DNA of 41,352 bases, taken from a virus. The position numbers were made by a program, and so were the translations under genes. The stretch lies in IMG/VR virus record IMGVR_UViG_3300022468_000344; one strand, 5' to 3'. Shown here one piece after another: positions 25,822-33,633 of the stretch; position 1 is the first letter of the stretch; each line of letters starts with the position of its first letter. The notes beneath the pieces are model-generated. The model was given only the letters and a program-made list of their open reading frames with translations. It searched no databases and was not told the origin of the DNA.

Positions 25822-27579
25822 TTACGCCGCCTCCGCTAGTGACTTAACAACGCCAGCCTCAACCCAAGCCGCTTGCACGTTGCCCGGCAATTGCGCTGGT
25901 ATTGCTTTAAGCGTGCCAGCCAGCACAACGGTTTCAACGTCGCCGTTTTCTGCCAACTCGTCCAGCAAGTAAAGCGCGTCGGCACGGCCTTGCAAGTCCA
26001 AAACATCAAACCTATCAAGCAACACAACTTTGGCGCCGCTAATGCGTGCAATAGCAAGCGCAAGCAACGTATCGGCGCGCCACCTTTCGCTTTCACTGCG
26101 TAGCGCATAAGGGCGGCCACCAACCGAAAGCTCCATGTTTTCGTCAATCATTACCGCCGGCCAATCAGCAAGGTTGTAATACCCGTCAAGCACAATGTTG
26201 AAAGGGTGCAAGGCCTCGCTTAATAACTCAGCCGGGATGCCTCCGGGCGCTAGTTGGTCGGCCATTAAATCCCATGCCACAACGTCGTCATGGTGCATTT
26301 TTGCTTGCGTTGTTTTTTGCGCCGCGGCTTTGCTTTCGCGCTCTACTTGCTGAAAGTGTGCCAGTTGGTCGGCAACCTCTTGGCGCTTAACTTTTGCCGT
26401 GGCCAATTCTGTTTTAACCTCACTAATTTTTATAGTGATAGCGTCCGCGCTTACAACCTCTTGCGCCGGCTCTTTTTCCAACTCGTCAAGGGTGCGCGCG
26501 GCATTTTCAGCGGCCACAAGGTCGCGCTGGCCATTGGCAACGGCACTGCGCAACAGGTCGCGTGCTTTGGTGTACTCCGGCAATCTATCCGCGGCTCCGG
26601 TATTCGGCACTTGCGTGTTTTCGTATGGCACCAATACGCTTGCTTTTTCACTCCACAAAACAAGCCCAGCACAATGCGGGCATGCAATAGGGTCGTGCTG
26701 ATTGTGAAAGCTTGCGTCTGCCTCGGCGTCTTTAACCTTAGCCTCCCAAACAGCCAAGTCGTCGCTATCGCGGTTAAGCTTGTCTTGTATGCGTGCAAAC
26801 TTGCCGGCGTGCTCACGCAATGCGGCCAGCTTTTCCTCATGCTTATGCATATTTGCATTGGCTTGGCCAACATTTTTGGCTTGCTCGTTGAGTGCACCTA
26901 GTTGGCCGTTAAGCTCGGCAATAATGCCGTCTGCCGCTTCAATTTGCGCGCTGGTTTCAGCCAATAGCGCGCCGTCAACCTCAACCGCTGGCGCCGTCCA
27001 ATCAGCCGCCTTAACAGCGCCGTAAGTTTCGCCGGTAATGGCACGCCATGCGGCCTTAGCGTCGCGGGCTTTGCTTTGCGCCTCTTTGTGTGCGGCTTCA
27101 AATCCGCTGGCTAAATGCGGGCTGATTGCGTCAATATCAGCGGCAGAAATGCCACGGCTGGCCAGCTTGGCAATAATGGCTTGGCTGGTTACTTTTACGC
27201 CCATGAGCTTAAACAGAAAGGCGCGTTTTTCTGCCGCCGTCAATGCGGCAAAGCGGGCAGGGCTTAAACAATACTCAAGGCCAAACGGCAAGCCCTCGGC
27301 GCCGGTTTGTTTGCCCTCAGGTAACAGCACCGCATAATCGCCAAGGCTTGTGCCAATGATTGCGTGGCCAGCGTCGGCTCCGTTGTGTAACAGCTTGTTA
27401 AATTCTTTTTTCAGCGCTACGCGGTCGCACTCAGCAACTAGCGCGTGCTTAATAGCCTCGGCAATGCTTGACTTGCCAGCGCCGTTGGCACCCGCCAGCA
27501 TTAACACTGGCTTGTTTACTGCTATGTTTGCCGAGCTAATGCCCAGCATGTTTGTGATTGCTATGTTTGTGATTTTCAT
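25822..27579 (-). CDS. SMC/Rad50/SbcC-like ATPase with central CxxC hook
   Basis: Walker A GANGAGKS near the N-terminus and Walker B VVLLDRFD near the C-terminus. A long helical middle carries ACPHC at aa 300-303 (nt 26671-26682). Confidence 0.8.
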   Translation of the reverse strand: MKITNIAITNMLGISSANIAVNKPVLMLAGANGAGKSSIAEAIKHALVAECDRVALKKEFNKLLHNGADAGHAIIGTSLGDYAVLLPEGKQTGAEGLPFGLEYCLSPARFAALTAAEKRAFLFKLMGVKVTSQAIIAKLASRGISAADIDAISPHLASGFEAAHKEAQSKARDAKAAWRAITGETYGAVKAADWTAPAVEVDGALLAETSAQIEAADGIIAELNGQLGALNEQAKNVGQANANMHKHEEKLAALREHAGKFARIQDKLNRDSDDLAVWEAKVKDAEADASFHNQHDPIACPHCAGLVLWSEKASVLVPYENTQVPNTGAADRLPEYTKARDLLRSAVANGQRDLVAAENAARTLDELEKEPAQEVVSADAITIKISEVKTELATAKVKRQEVADQLAHFQQVERESKAAAQKTTQAKMHHDDVVAWDLMADQLAPGGIPAELLSEALHPFNIVLDGYYNLADWPAVMIDENMELSVGGRPYALRSESERWRADTLLALAIARISGAKVVLLDRFDVLDLQGRADALYLLDELAENGDVETVVLAGTLKAIPAQLPGNVQAAWVEAGVVKSLAEAA

Positions 27580-27618
27580 TATTGGCTCCTAAGTTTTATG
27601 CCTTGCTGGCATTGCTTA

Positions 27619-27647
27619 ACTATACCGAGCGCGGCATGGTTAAGCAA
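27619..27647 (-). promoter_or_regulatory. Sigma70-like promoter (TTGCTT-N17-TATAGT) for the ATPase operon
   Basis: -10 at 27619-27624 and -35 at 27642-27647 (minus strand). An operator variant lies 7 nt upstream. Confidence 0.5.
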
Positions 27648-27654
27648 GTGTAAA

Positions 27655-27668
27655 ATGCAATTATGCAT
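27655..27668. promoter_or_regulatory. Operator-like 14-mer variant ATGCAATTATGCAT
   Basis: One mismatch to the consensus, just upstream of the -35. Confidence 0.5.
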
Positions 27669-27676
27669 AAAATAAT

Positions 27677-28423
27677 TTATATAAATAACGGTTGTTGCAC
27701 TTCGGTTTTTGTCCAAAAAACCGGGGCTTGGTGTTGCTCTATCCTTTCGCGCATAACCAGCGCTCGCACCTCTTTGCTAGCTGGCGTATAAGTGCCACGC
27801 CAAGCGCTATCAATCCCAACGTTTTGAGCAATGTTAGTGCTATCAACGCTGGAAAACGGGAACCGGGTAAAAACATCAGGGTTTAACATTCTAAGCCCGT
27901 GCAATTTTGTTAATGGCCGGCCGTCGCGGCCGCATACAATATTCATAACCTCTGCCATGCGTGCCCACCAACGAGCGTCGCCAATAGTTGCATAATCGCC
28001 GCTTGAGCCTATACAAATGCGTGGATATTCATACGCCAGCCTTTCCGCGCGCCCTAAGCTTTCATGTAAATGGTAAACCGGAGCGCCAACCCATTTATTT
28101 TTTGGCTCGCCCCAACTCCACTCAGCAAGCAAGGCGTCGTTGTCCTCCTCGGAGCCGTCTATAACGTCAGGTATCACGGCAAAATCAAAAGAGGGGTAAC
28201 GGTGCAACTCGGCAACCCATGCGTAATATTCCGACCAATCCGTTACAGGCTCGCCGCTTTTCCAAGAACTAAATGCGCCGTTATCAACGGCAAAGCTTTG
28301 GGCAACCTCCAAAACAACGCCAAGTTGGCACGGCGACCTAAAAGAAACAAACGCATGCCCTGCGCTTAATACTTTTGAGGCCGCACTTCCGGGCGTTATT
28401 GGCAAGCCGTGATAATGTATCAT
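27677..28423 (-). CDS. TGT-superfamily (DpdA-like DNA/tRNA-guanine transglycosylase) candidate
   Basis: 248 aa. AVDNGAFS (compare TGT DSGGFQ) and KLHGLRM...FSSVDSTNIAQNVG (compare TGT GxG...FDCVxPTRxARxG), with about 150 aa between the two Asp residues. Confidence 0.45.
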   Translation of the reverse strand: MIHYHGLPITPGSAASKVLSAGHAFVSFRSPCQLGVVLEVAQSFAVDNGAFSSWKSGEPVTDWSEYYAWVAELHRYPSFDFAVIPDVIDGSEEDNDALLAEWSWGEPKNKWVGAPVYHLHESLGRAERLAYEYPRICIGSSGDYATIGDARWWARMAEVMNIVCGRDGRPLTKLHGLRMLNPDVFTRFPFSSVDSTNIAQNVGIDSAWRGTYTPASKEVRALVMRERIEQHQAPVFWTKTEVQQPLFI

Positions 28424-28869
28424 TACGCCGCCTCGCCAAACTCAAGCTCGCGGTCGGCTGGCGCTAAGCTCACGTCTATCATTTCGTCTAAAAACTCGGC
28501 CAGCGTCGCAACAATTGCGCTTGTCGGTTTAAAGCTAATGCTAAATGTAAGGTCAACCATGCCGCCAGCCACCGCGGACGCCTTAAACTTCTTAACCGTT
28601 ACTCCGTAATACTCTTGCTCCATTAAAGTTAAAACGTAGCTTTTAAGCTCATAGCTAAAGCCCACGTCGTCCATTAACTTGTAACGCGGCTCGCCGTCCG
28701 GCAAAAACAAAAACTCACCCAGCCCGTCGCCAAAAAAAGTCAATATTTCCGAATTTACGCGCGACGTAAATTTGAGGTCAAGCGCAAGCTCCTTGTTGTT
28801 TTCGTCGCCCTCTTTGCGCGTATTGATATGCGCCAGCGTTGCTTTATTGTTAAATCTGAATTTCATCAT
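28423..28869 (-). CDS. Hypothetical 148-aa protein
   Basis: GAGGAGC SD. ATGA-type coupling to the downstream gene. No recognised motif. Confidence 0.7.
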   Translation of the reverse strand: MMKFRFNNKATLAHINTRKEGDENNKELALDLKFTSRVNSEILTFFGDGLGEFLFLPDGEPRYKLMDDVGFSYELKSYVLTLMEQEYYGVTVKKFKASAVAGGMVDLTFSISFKPTSAIVATLAEFLDEMIDVSLAPADRELEFGEAA

Positions 28870-28906
28870 TTGCTCCTCATGCCGGGGCTTGCGCCCCGGT
28901 TGTTAC

Positions 28907-29911
28907 TTATTCAATATTCATTGCAGGGCGCGCGCGTGGTGCACGTTGCGCTTGCGTTACTGGCGCCGCCTCGGCTTGCTCCATTTCGCCTAAAAAGTCG
29001 CTATTGTCTTGCATTTGATTGGTCGTTAAAACTTCCGAGTCAGGCTCAGGCATTACCTCCGGCGCGTCGGCCTCTTTAACCTCACGCTCGGCCGCTTTTG
29101 GCATTGCCGCTTCGGTAGCTGATTGCACGCGGCTGGCCTTGGCTGGCTTGGTAGGCTCGGCCGTGGCCACAAAGGCGCCGTCGTCGTCGCGCTCGGTTTC
29201 AATAATATCGTGCAACTCCTCAGCGGTTTGTAAGCCCATGAGCAAATCAGGCGCATGTAACTTGCCAAAAAAGCTTGTTGCGCGGTAATGCAACATAACC
29301 TCCGGCATGGTTTGCCATTTACTGCCGTTTTTGGTCAACCAGCCCTCGTCAATTGCCATTTGCATGCTGACAACCGGCCCGGTGATTTTCTCGCCGGTGG
29401 CCTTATCAAGCGCCCAAGCGTAGCAAGTGCGGTGCGTTACCTTAACCGTTTTGGTTTGCGTTTCCTTTTTACCGCTAACCCAAACAACGGCGTTATATGT
29501 TACGTCCTCAGTTTGCCCCGGCTCGCTAAGCTCAAAACGTAGCGGGGTAAAGCGGCCGCTCGCGTTGATACTGGCCGCAACAAACTGAGCGCTCCAAGCC
29601 GGGCGCCCCTCAACGATATAGAGGTTTTGCATAACCATGAGCACGTCGGCGCCTAGGCGTTGGCTCATGTTTAAGGCAATCACGCAATTTGGTATTGCGC
29701 TTGGGTTATCCTCGTAACCGGTAACTTTGCCATGGTCTTTAATCTCTTTTTGAGCGCGGTATTGCACCGGCACCAATGTGCTACTTGATAGCATTTTGGC
29801 CGCGCGTTGCATAAGCTCAAAGCTTTGCAGGCTACCAAAGCCGGGTTGTATAACTGGCATGTGCTCCTCGCGTGCGGGGATTTTTTCTCTTAATGTTTCA
29901 ATTGCTGACAT
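28907..29911 (-). CDS. recT: RecT-family single-strand annealing protein
   Basis: 334 aa. The core resembles RecT (NCVIALNMSQRLGADVLMVMQNLYIVEGRPAWSAQF). It is paired with an exonuclease gene. Confidence 0.8.
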   Translation of the reverse strand: MSAIETLREKIPAREEHMPVIQPGFGSLQSFELMQRAAKMLSSSTLVPVQYRAQKEIKDHGKVTGYEDNPSAIPNCVIALNMSQRLGADVLMVMQNLYIVEGRPAWSAQFVAASINASGRFTPLRFELSEPGQTEDVTYNAVVWVSGKKETQTKTVKVTHRTCYAWALDKATGEKITGPVVSMQMAIDEGWLTKNGSKWQTMPEVMLHYRATSFFGKLHAPDLLMGLQTAEELHDIIETERDDDGAFVATAEPTKPAKASRVQSATEAAMPKAAEREVKEADAPEVMPEPDSEVLTTNQMQDNSDFLGEMEQAEAAPVTQAQRAPRARPAMNIE

Positions 29912-29920
29912 GATTAGCTC

Positions 29921-30862
29921 CTAAGCTTTAATTAAAAACGGACGGGCGCCCGCTTTGTGTTTTGTGAATTGTTGATAAATTGCAGGGTGTGCGGCTTTAA
30001 ATGCGTCCTTATCAAACGCCTCGCCGTCTTTGTTGTTTTTCCATGTGGCCAACAACTTGCCGCCAAAGTAAAGCTCCTCAGCGTCGGCCATGATTGCTTT
30101 AAGCTGGCTTTCGGCGGTTGCCTTGGCATCCTCGGCGGCCTTTAACGTCAAGCGGCAATTAACAAGCTGGCTATACAGCGCCAAGGTTGTATCGTCGGCC
30201 TCAATCGCTTTGCCCTTGGTAGCGCGGCGGTAAATAAGCTCGGCGTCGCCCACGTTTACAGGTGCCGGCAATTCCTTGTTTGCTACGCTTTGCCAAACCT
30301 TGCCGCACTCATAAACCATGTACTCTATTAACTCCTCGTTGCGAGGGATAACGTAAATATCAATCGGCACCGTGCCCTTGGTTAAGAATTGCACCAAGGC
30401 GGCCTCGTTAACAAAGCAAATTGGTATATCGGCTTGTTGCGCGCCAGTGATTGCCATTTGCGCCATGCATTGCCATAAGCGCTCAACCGGCACTTGGTCG
30501 GTGCCCGGCTCACCCCAGCGGCTACGGTCAAACACGCTAAACGCTTTTGCCTCAACAACGCGCGGGGCGTCAAATTGCGCCAGCCCGTCAAGGTGGCAAC
30601 CCAACCAAGGTAAAGCCGGGTGCAACATAGTATCGGGCGAGCGGATAAGCGATTGTGGCTTGGTTTCGCGCTCGTATGCGTCCAGTATCGGCGCCTCAAG
30701 TATGTTGCCAAGTTGCACACTGGGCACGTCGTCAAGGTTTGGCGCCTCAATCTCGCCCAGCTTTTGCAAGGCAACCTCAACACCTTTGCCCGTCATAATG
30801 TATGCGGCGTCGCTGGCAAATATGCCGGCATTGCGGCGTTGCTTTTGTTGTTCGGTAATCAT
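29921..30862 (-). CDS. YqaJ-like (lambda Exo-type PD-(D/E)xK) recombination exonuclease
   Basis: 313 aa. GNILEAPILDAYE...HLDGL...VVEAKA motif order is typical of YqaJ. It lies upstream of recT. Confidence 0.8.
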   Translation of the reverse strand: MITEQQKQRRNAGIFASDAAYIMTGKGVEVALQKLGEIEAPNLDDVPSVQLGNILEAPILDAYERETKPQSLIRSPDTMLHPALPWLGCHLDGLAQFDAPRVVEAKAFSVFDRSRWGEPGTDQVPVERLWQCMAQMAITGAQQADIPICFVNEAALVQFLTKGTVPIDIYVIPRNEELIEYMVYECGKVWQSVANKELPAPVNVGDAELIYRRATKGKAIEADDTTLALYSQLVNCRLTLKAAEDAKATAESQLKAIMADAEELYFGGKLLATWKNNKDGEAFDKDAFKAAHPAIYQQFTKHKAGARPFLIKA

Positions 30863-31098
30863 AGCGGCTGGCCTCCGTCGTAACGGTTAAGGCCTTGCTC
30901 AAACCAGTTGTTGCAAAGGTTTTTGCGATTGTTTGAGCGCAATAGCGCATTGACGCGGGCGCGCTGGCGAGCTAATGAGCCGCCGCGGATTGAGCGCAAA
31001 AACTTGATAAGGCGCTTTTTAAAACTTCTATCAACACCAACGATAAGATTGCGGCGAGTTCCGGCCGCGTAATCTTTCATAATGCAAACAGCTTTCAT
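30859..31098 (-). CDS. Arg-rich basic 79-aa protein, first gene of the leftward early operon
   Basis: CTTAGGAGC SD. RSFKKRLIKFLRSIRGGSLARQRARVNALLRSNNRKN. Confidence 0.65.
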   Translation of the reverse strand: MKAVCIMKDYAAGTRRNLIVGVDRSFKKRLIKFLRSIRGGSLARQRARVNALLRSNNRKNLCNNWFEQGLNRYDGGQPL

Positions 31099-31115
31099 GA
31101 CTTGCTCCTAAGTTA

Positions 31116-31129
31116 ATGCAAAAATGCAT
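31116..31129. promoter_or_regulatory. Operator-like 14-mer variant ATGCAAAAATGCAT over the predicted PL start site
   Basis: One mismatch. Extra ATGCAT hexamers lie at 31141 and 31172, and ATGCAA at 31194. Confidence 0.55.
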
Positions 31130-31135
31130 AACTGG

Positions 31136-31164
31136 ATATTATGCATATTTGCTTAGGCTTGCAA
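31136..31164 (-). promoter_or_regulatory. PL-like promoter (TTGCAA-N17-TAATAT)
   Basis: -10 at 31136-31141 and -35 at 31159-31164 (minus strand), flanked and overlapped by ATGCAT sites. Confidence 0.5.
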
Positions 31165-31226
31165 GTCTTTTATGCATAAAAAGTTAAATAAATATGCAAA
31201 AAAACCTAAATAATGCGAAAAATTAG

Positions 31227-31580
31227 CTAATCGGTGGCGCGCACTTTCTTTTTCAAATAGTGAACGGTTGCGCCATTGGTGCGAACGTCTTTAAAAAATT
31301 CAAGCATTTTTTGCCGTGCCTTGTCGTTGGCGTCAATGACAATGGGTACATGCTCCGGCTCAATGTTGATTAGCAGGGTATCGGTGCGCCCGTCCGGCTT
31401 TACAGCAATACAAGCCAAAGCAACGGGTGCATCGTCGCTATGGTTGTATGATTGCATGCTGAAAATTTGCCGGACTATGGCTTGGCGCTGAGCAATGTTT
31501 AAGTCGTCAGCTTTTTTGTTGCGGTTATTGCTTTGGTTGAAATGATTTACGTTTGTCGGTGGCGCCTGCTTTTTTCTCAT
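31227..31580 (-). CDS. Hypothetical 117-aa protein in the cI position (no obvious HTH)
   Basis: Transcribed divergently from the Cro-like gene. Weak SD and a long leader. Confidence 0.65.
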   Translation of the reverse strand: MRKKQAPPTNVNHFNQSNNRNKKADDLNIAQRQAIVRQIFSMQSYNHSDDAPVALACIAVKPDGRTDTLLINIEPEHVPIVIDANDKARQKMLEFFKDVRTNGATVHYLKKKVRATD

Positions 31581-31744
31581 AACTTAATGATTTTCCCCGG
31601 TTTTTCGTCACCGAGCGCTTGGCCGCCATTAAGGCCGAGCCTTCAATTGCAGGCGGCAAAGGCTCGGAGGTTGTTGTTGATGATAGCGTTTGGTTTTTTA
31701 ATGCCAGTTGACTTTGGTCAATGGTAAATCGTATAAACTGAATA

Positions 31745-31772
31745 ATTCTATATTACTCCAACTTTTAAGCAA
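31745..31772 (-). promoter_or_regulatory. PRM-like promoter candidate (TTGCTT-N16-TAGAAT)
   Basis: Sits back-to-back with the PR candidate, 26 bp between the two -35 hexamers. Confidence 0.35.
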
Positions 31773-31798
31773 GTGTGAATATTTTTTGTAACAAGCTA

Positions 31799-31827
31799 TT
31801 GCTACCCTTATGCATCTATGCTTAAAT
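31799..31827 (+). promoter_or_regulatory. PR-like promoter candidate (TTGCTA-N17-TTAAAT)
   Basis: Three hexamers (ATGCAT 31810, ATGCTT 31818, ATGCAT 31826) at 8-bp phase occupy the spacer and -10. Confidence 0.45.
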
Positions 31828-31831
31828 GCAT
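31810..31831. promoter_or_regulatory. Triple hexamer operator ATGCATctATGCTTaaATGCAT
   Basis: Three hexamers at exact 8-bp spacing inside the PR candidate. Confidence 0.55.
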
Positions 31832-31861
31832 ACCAATTCATGTGTTTTTTTACGAAAGGTT

Positions 31862-31875
31862 ATGCATAAATGCAT
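31862..31875. promoter_or_regulatory. Operator 14-mer ATGCATAAATGCAT (perfect) covering the Cro-like start codon
   Basis: The second hexamer contains ATG 31870. Confidence 0.6.
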
Positions 31876-32112
31876 ATTTCTACACCGACCGGCGAGCCGA
31901 TTATCAATTATTTACAAAGAAAACTTAACACCGAATACAAACGCAAACATTTATCAATTGCAAAAGAAATAAAAACAGTTAGTCAATCAACCATTAGCCG
32001 CATTGCGCGAGGCACAGTTGACCCGACACTTGGCGCTAGTCAAGCGCTTTTAAATTACTTCATTGAAAACGAAACAAAACAAAAGCCGGCCGCTAAGAAA
32101 GCGCGGGCTTAA
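31870..32112 (+). CDS. Cro/CI-type (XRE) helix-turn-helix regulator
   Basis: 80 aa. HTH LSIAKEIKTVSQSTISRIARG. AAAGG SD. First gene of the rightward operon. Confidence 0.75.
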   Translation: MHISTPTGEPIINYLQRKLNTEYKRKHLSIAKEIKTVSQSTISRIARGTVDPTLGASQALLNYFIENETKQKPAAKKARA

Positions 32113-32121
32113 TGAGCAGTA

Positions 32122-32187
32122 CCCCGGCAGGTGTGTGCATACACCGGGGCGGTGACACTACCCGCCGCCCCATGCCGGGTTTTTTTA
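32122..32187 (+). terminator. Compound terminator (outer stem + two internal hairpins + T7)
   Basis: CCCGGCA 32123-29 pairs with TGCCGGG 32173-79. Inner hairpins lie at 32130-45 and at 32146-52/32165-71. The T-run is 32180-86. Confidence 0.55.
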
Positions 32188-32211
32188 ACGTGGTAGGTGA
32201 AAGGTAGCGAC

Positions 32212-32970
32212 GTGCATTATTACAACTTCAATATTGCTGATTATCGGAAAGACACAACGCATTTGTTGCCGATAGAGCATTATATTTATAGAACCCTTAT
32301 AGATTGGTATTACTTAGACGAAATGCCAATACCGAAAGAAACCCAAGTGGTTTTGCGTCGGTTAAGGCTCGGTTGCGAAAACGAACCCAACCTTAACTTT
32401 GTGCTTGAGGATTTCTTTAAATTGCAATCCGACGGCTGGCACCATTTAAGAATTGACGCCGAGATTGAGGCTTACCATGTGCTTGTTGAAAAAAATCAGG
32501 CCAACGGAAAGCTAGGCGGGAGGCCGAGAAAAACCCAAGTGGTTAACGACGGCTTAGCGACCGATAACCCAAAAGAAAGCGAAACGAACCCTAACCATAA
32601 ACCAATAACCAATAACCATAAACCAATAACCAATATTAAAAACACTACGGCCGAAAAAGACCTCGGCCTTGATGTGTTTGAGCAATTTTGGCATGCATAC
32701 CCTAAAAAAGTGGGCAAGGATGCGGCAATCAAAGCTTGGGCGAAGTTGAAAGCTAAAAGCAAAACATTGGAGTTGATTGTTGACGCATTGGCTTGGCAGG
32801 TTGAAAGCGACCAATGGCAAAAAGACGGTGGCCAGTTTATACCAAACCCCAGCACGTATTTAAACCAAGCGCGCTGGCTTGACCAACCGCTTGCTAAGCA
32901 AAGCAATGTTTTGGGTAAAGCAGGCATGGCCACCCGCGAGGCGGCAACAAGATTTTTGGAAAGGGGCTAG
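32212..32970 (+). CDS. Replication initiation-type protein (DUF1376/YdaU-like N-domain)
   Basis: GTG 32212 with an AAAGG SD (listed ORF starts at GTG 32197). HYYNFNIADYRKDTTHL resembles DUF1376. The C-terminal FWHAYPKKVGKDAAIKAW motif is seen in phage replication proteins. Confidence 0.7.
   Translation: MHYYNFNIADYRKDTTHLLPIEHYIYRTLIDWYYLDEMPIPKETQVVLRRLRLGCENEPNLNFVLEDFFKLQSDGWHHLRIDAEIEAYHVLVEKNQANGKLGGRPRKTQVVNDGLATDNPKESETNPNHKPITNNHKPITNIKNTTAEKDLGLDVFEQFWHAYPKKVGKDAAIKAWAKLKAKSKTLELIVDALAWQVESDQWQKDGGQFIPNPSTYLNQARWLDQPLAKQSNVLGKAGMATREAATRFLERG
32593..32634 (+). repeat. Perfect 2 x 21-bp tandem repeat (AACCATAAACCAATAACCAAT), iteron candidate
   Basis: Direct reading. Each unit contains three AACCA(A)T sub-repeats. 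It encodes NHKPITN twice in an interdomain linker. Confidence 0.9.
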
Positions 32971-32973
32971 GGT

Positions 32974-33633
32974 ATGTTAGACGACGACAAAAAACGCTTT
33001 ATTGAGGTTTTAATTGGCTTAGCTGATTACTACGAAAAAAACTTATCCGAAACAACAATAGCGCTTTACTGGCACGGCTTGCGTAAGTACGACCTCAAGG
33101 CAGTTGAGCGCGCGCTATTTAACCACACGCAAAAGCCTGAGAATGGCCAATTTATGCCTAAGGTGGCCGACATTGTTTTGATGCTTGAGGGCACTAGCTC
33201 CGACGGCGCATACATTGCTTGGTCAAAAGTTGACAACGCGGTTAAGCGCGCTGGCATTTATGCGGACGTTGCCTTTGATGATTGGATTATCCACAGGGTA
33301 ATTTTAGACATGGGCGGGTGGATTTTGCTATGCGGAAAAACTGAGCACGAATGGCCGTTTATTGCCAAAGAGTTTGAGAACCGTTACCGCGGTTATCACA
33401 TTAAGCGCGATGCTCAGGAATACCCGCCGCTTTTGATTGGCATAGCTGGCGCAGAAAACCGCAAGGGCGGCTTTAAGGTTGACCCGCCTCTTTTGATTGG
33501 CGACACGGTGAAAGCTCAGGCGGTTATTGCAGGCGGCACCAATACCCCGTTAATTGGCATGACACAGGCAAGCAACCTGCTTGGCGAAGTTGCGCCCTCG
33601 GTTATGCATAAATGCCTTAGAGCCGTAGCATGA
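32974..33633 (+). CDS. Replication-associated protein (possible helicase-loader-like)
   Basis: 219 aa, the second gene of the replication pair. Function is by position only. Confidence 0.5.
   Translation: MLDDDKKRFIEVLIGLADYYEKNLSETTIALYWHGLRKYDLKAVERALFNHTQKPENGQFMPKVADIVLMLEGTSSDGAYIAWSKVDNAVKRAGIYADVAFDDWIIHRVILDMGGWILLCGKTEHEWPFIAKEFENRYRGYHIKRDAQEYPPLLIGIAGAENRKGGFKVDPPLLIGDTVKAQAVIAGGTNTPLIGMTQASNLLGEVAPSVMHKCLRAVA

Noticed and set aside
26924-26935. Neisserial DNA uptake sequence-like ATGCCGTCTGCC.
   Set aside because: It matches only 10 of 12 positions of the ATGCCGTCTGAA DUS and I noticed no other copies, so it is not usable as host evidence.
31533-31727. 64-aa plus-strand ORF in the immunity intergenic region.
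   Set aside because: It has no SD, it overlaps the start of the 117-aa gene and its leader hairpin, and its sequence looks non-protein-like.
33287-33295. Perfect DnaA box TTATCCACA inside the second replication gene.
   Set aside because: It is a single 9-mer that could occur by chance in 41 kb on two strands. No cluster of boxes was seen, so it is noted only as a weak adjunct to the iteron finding.
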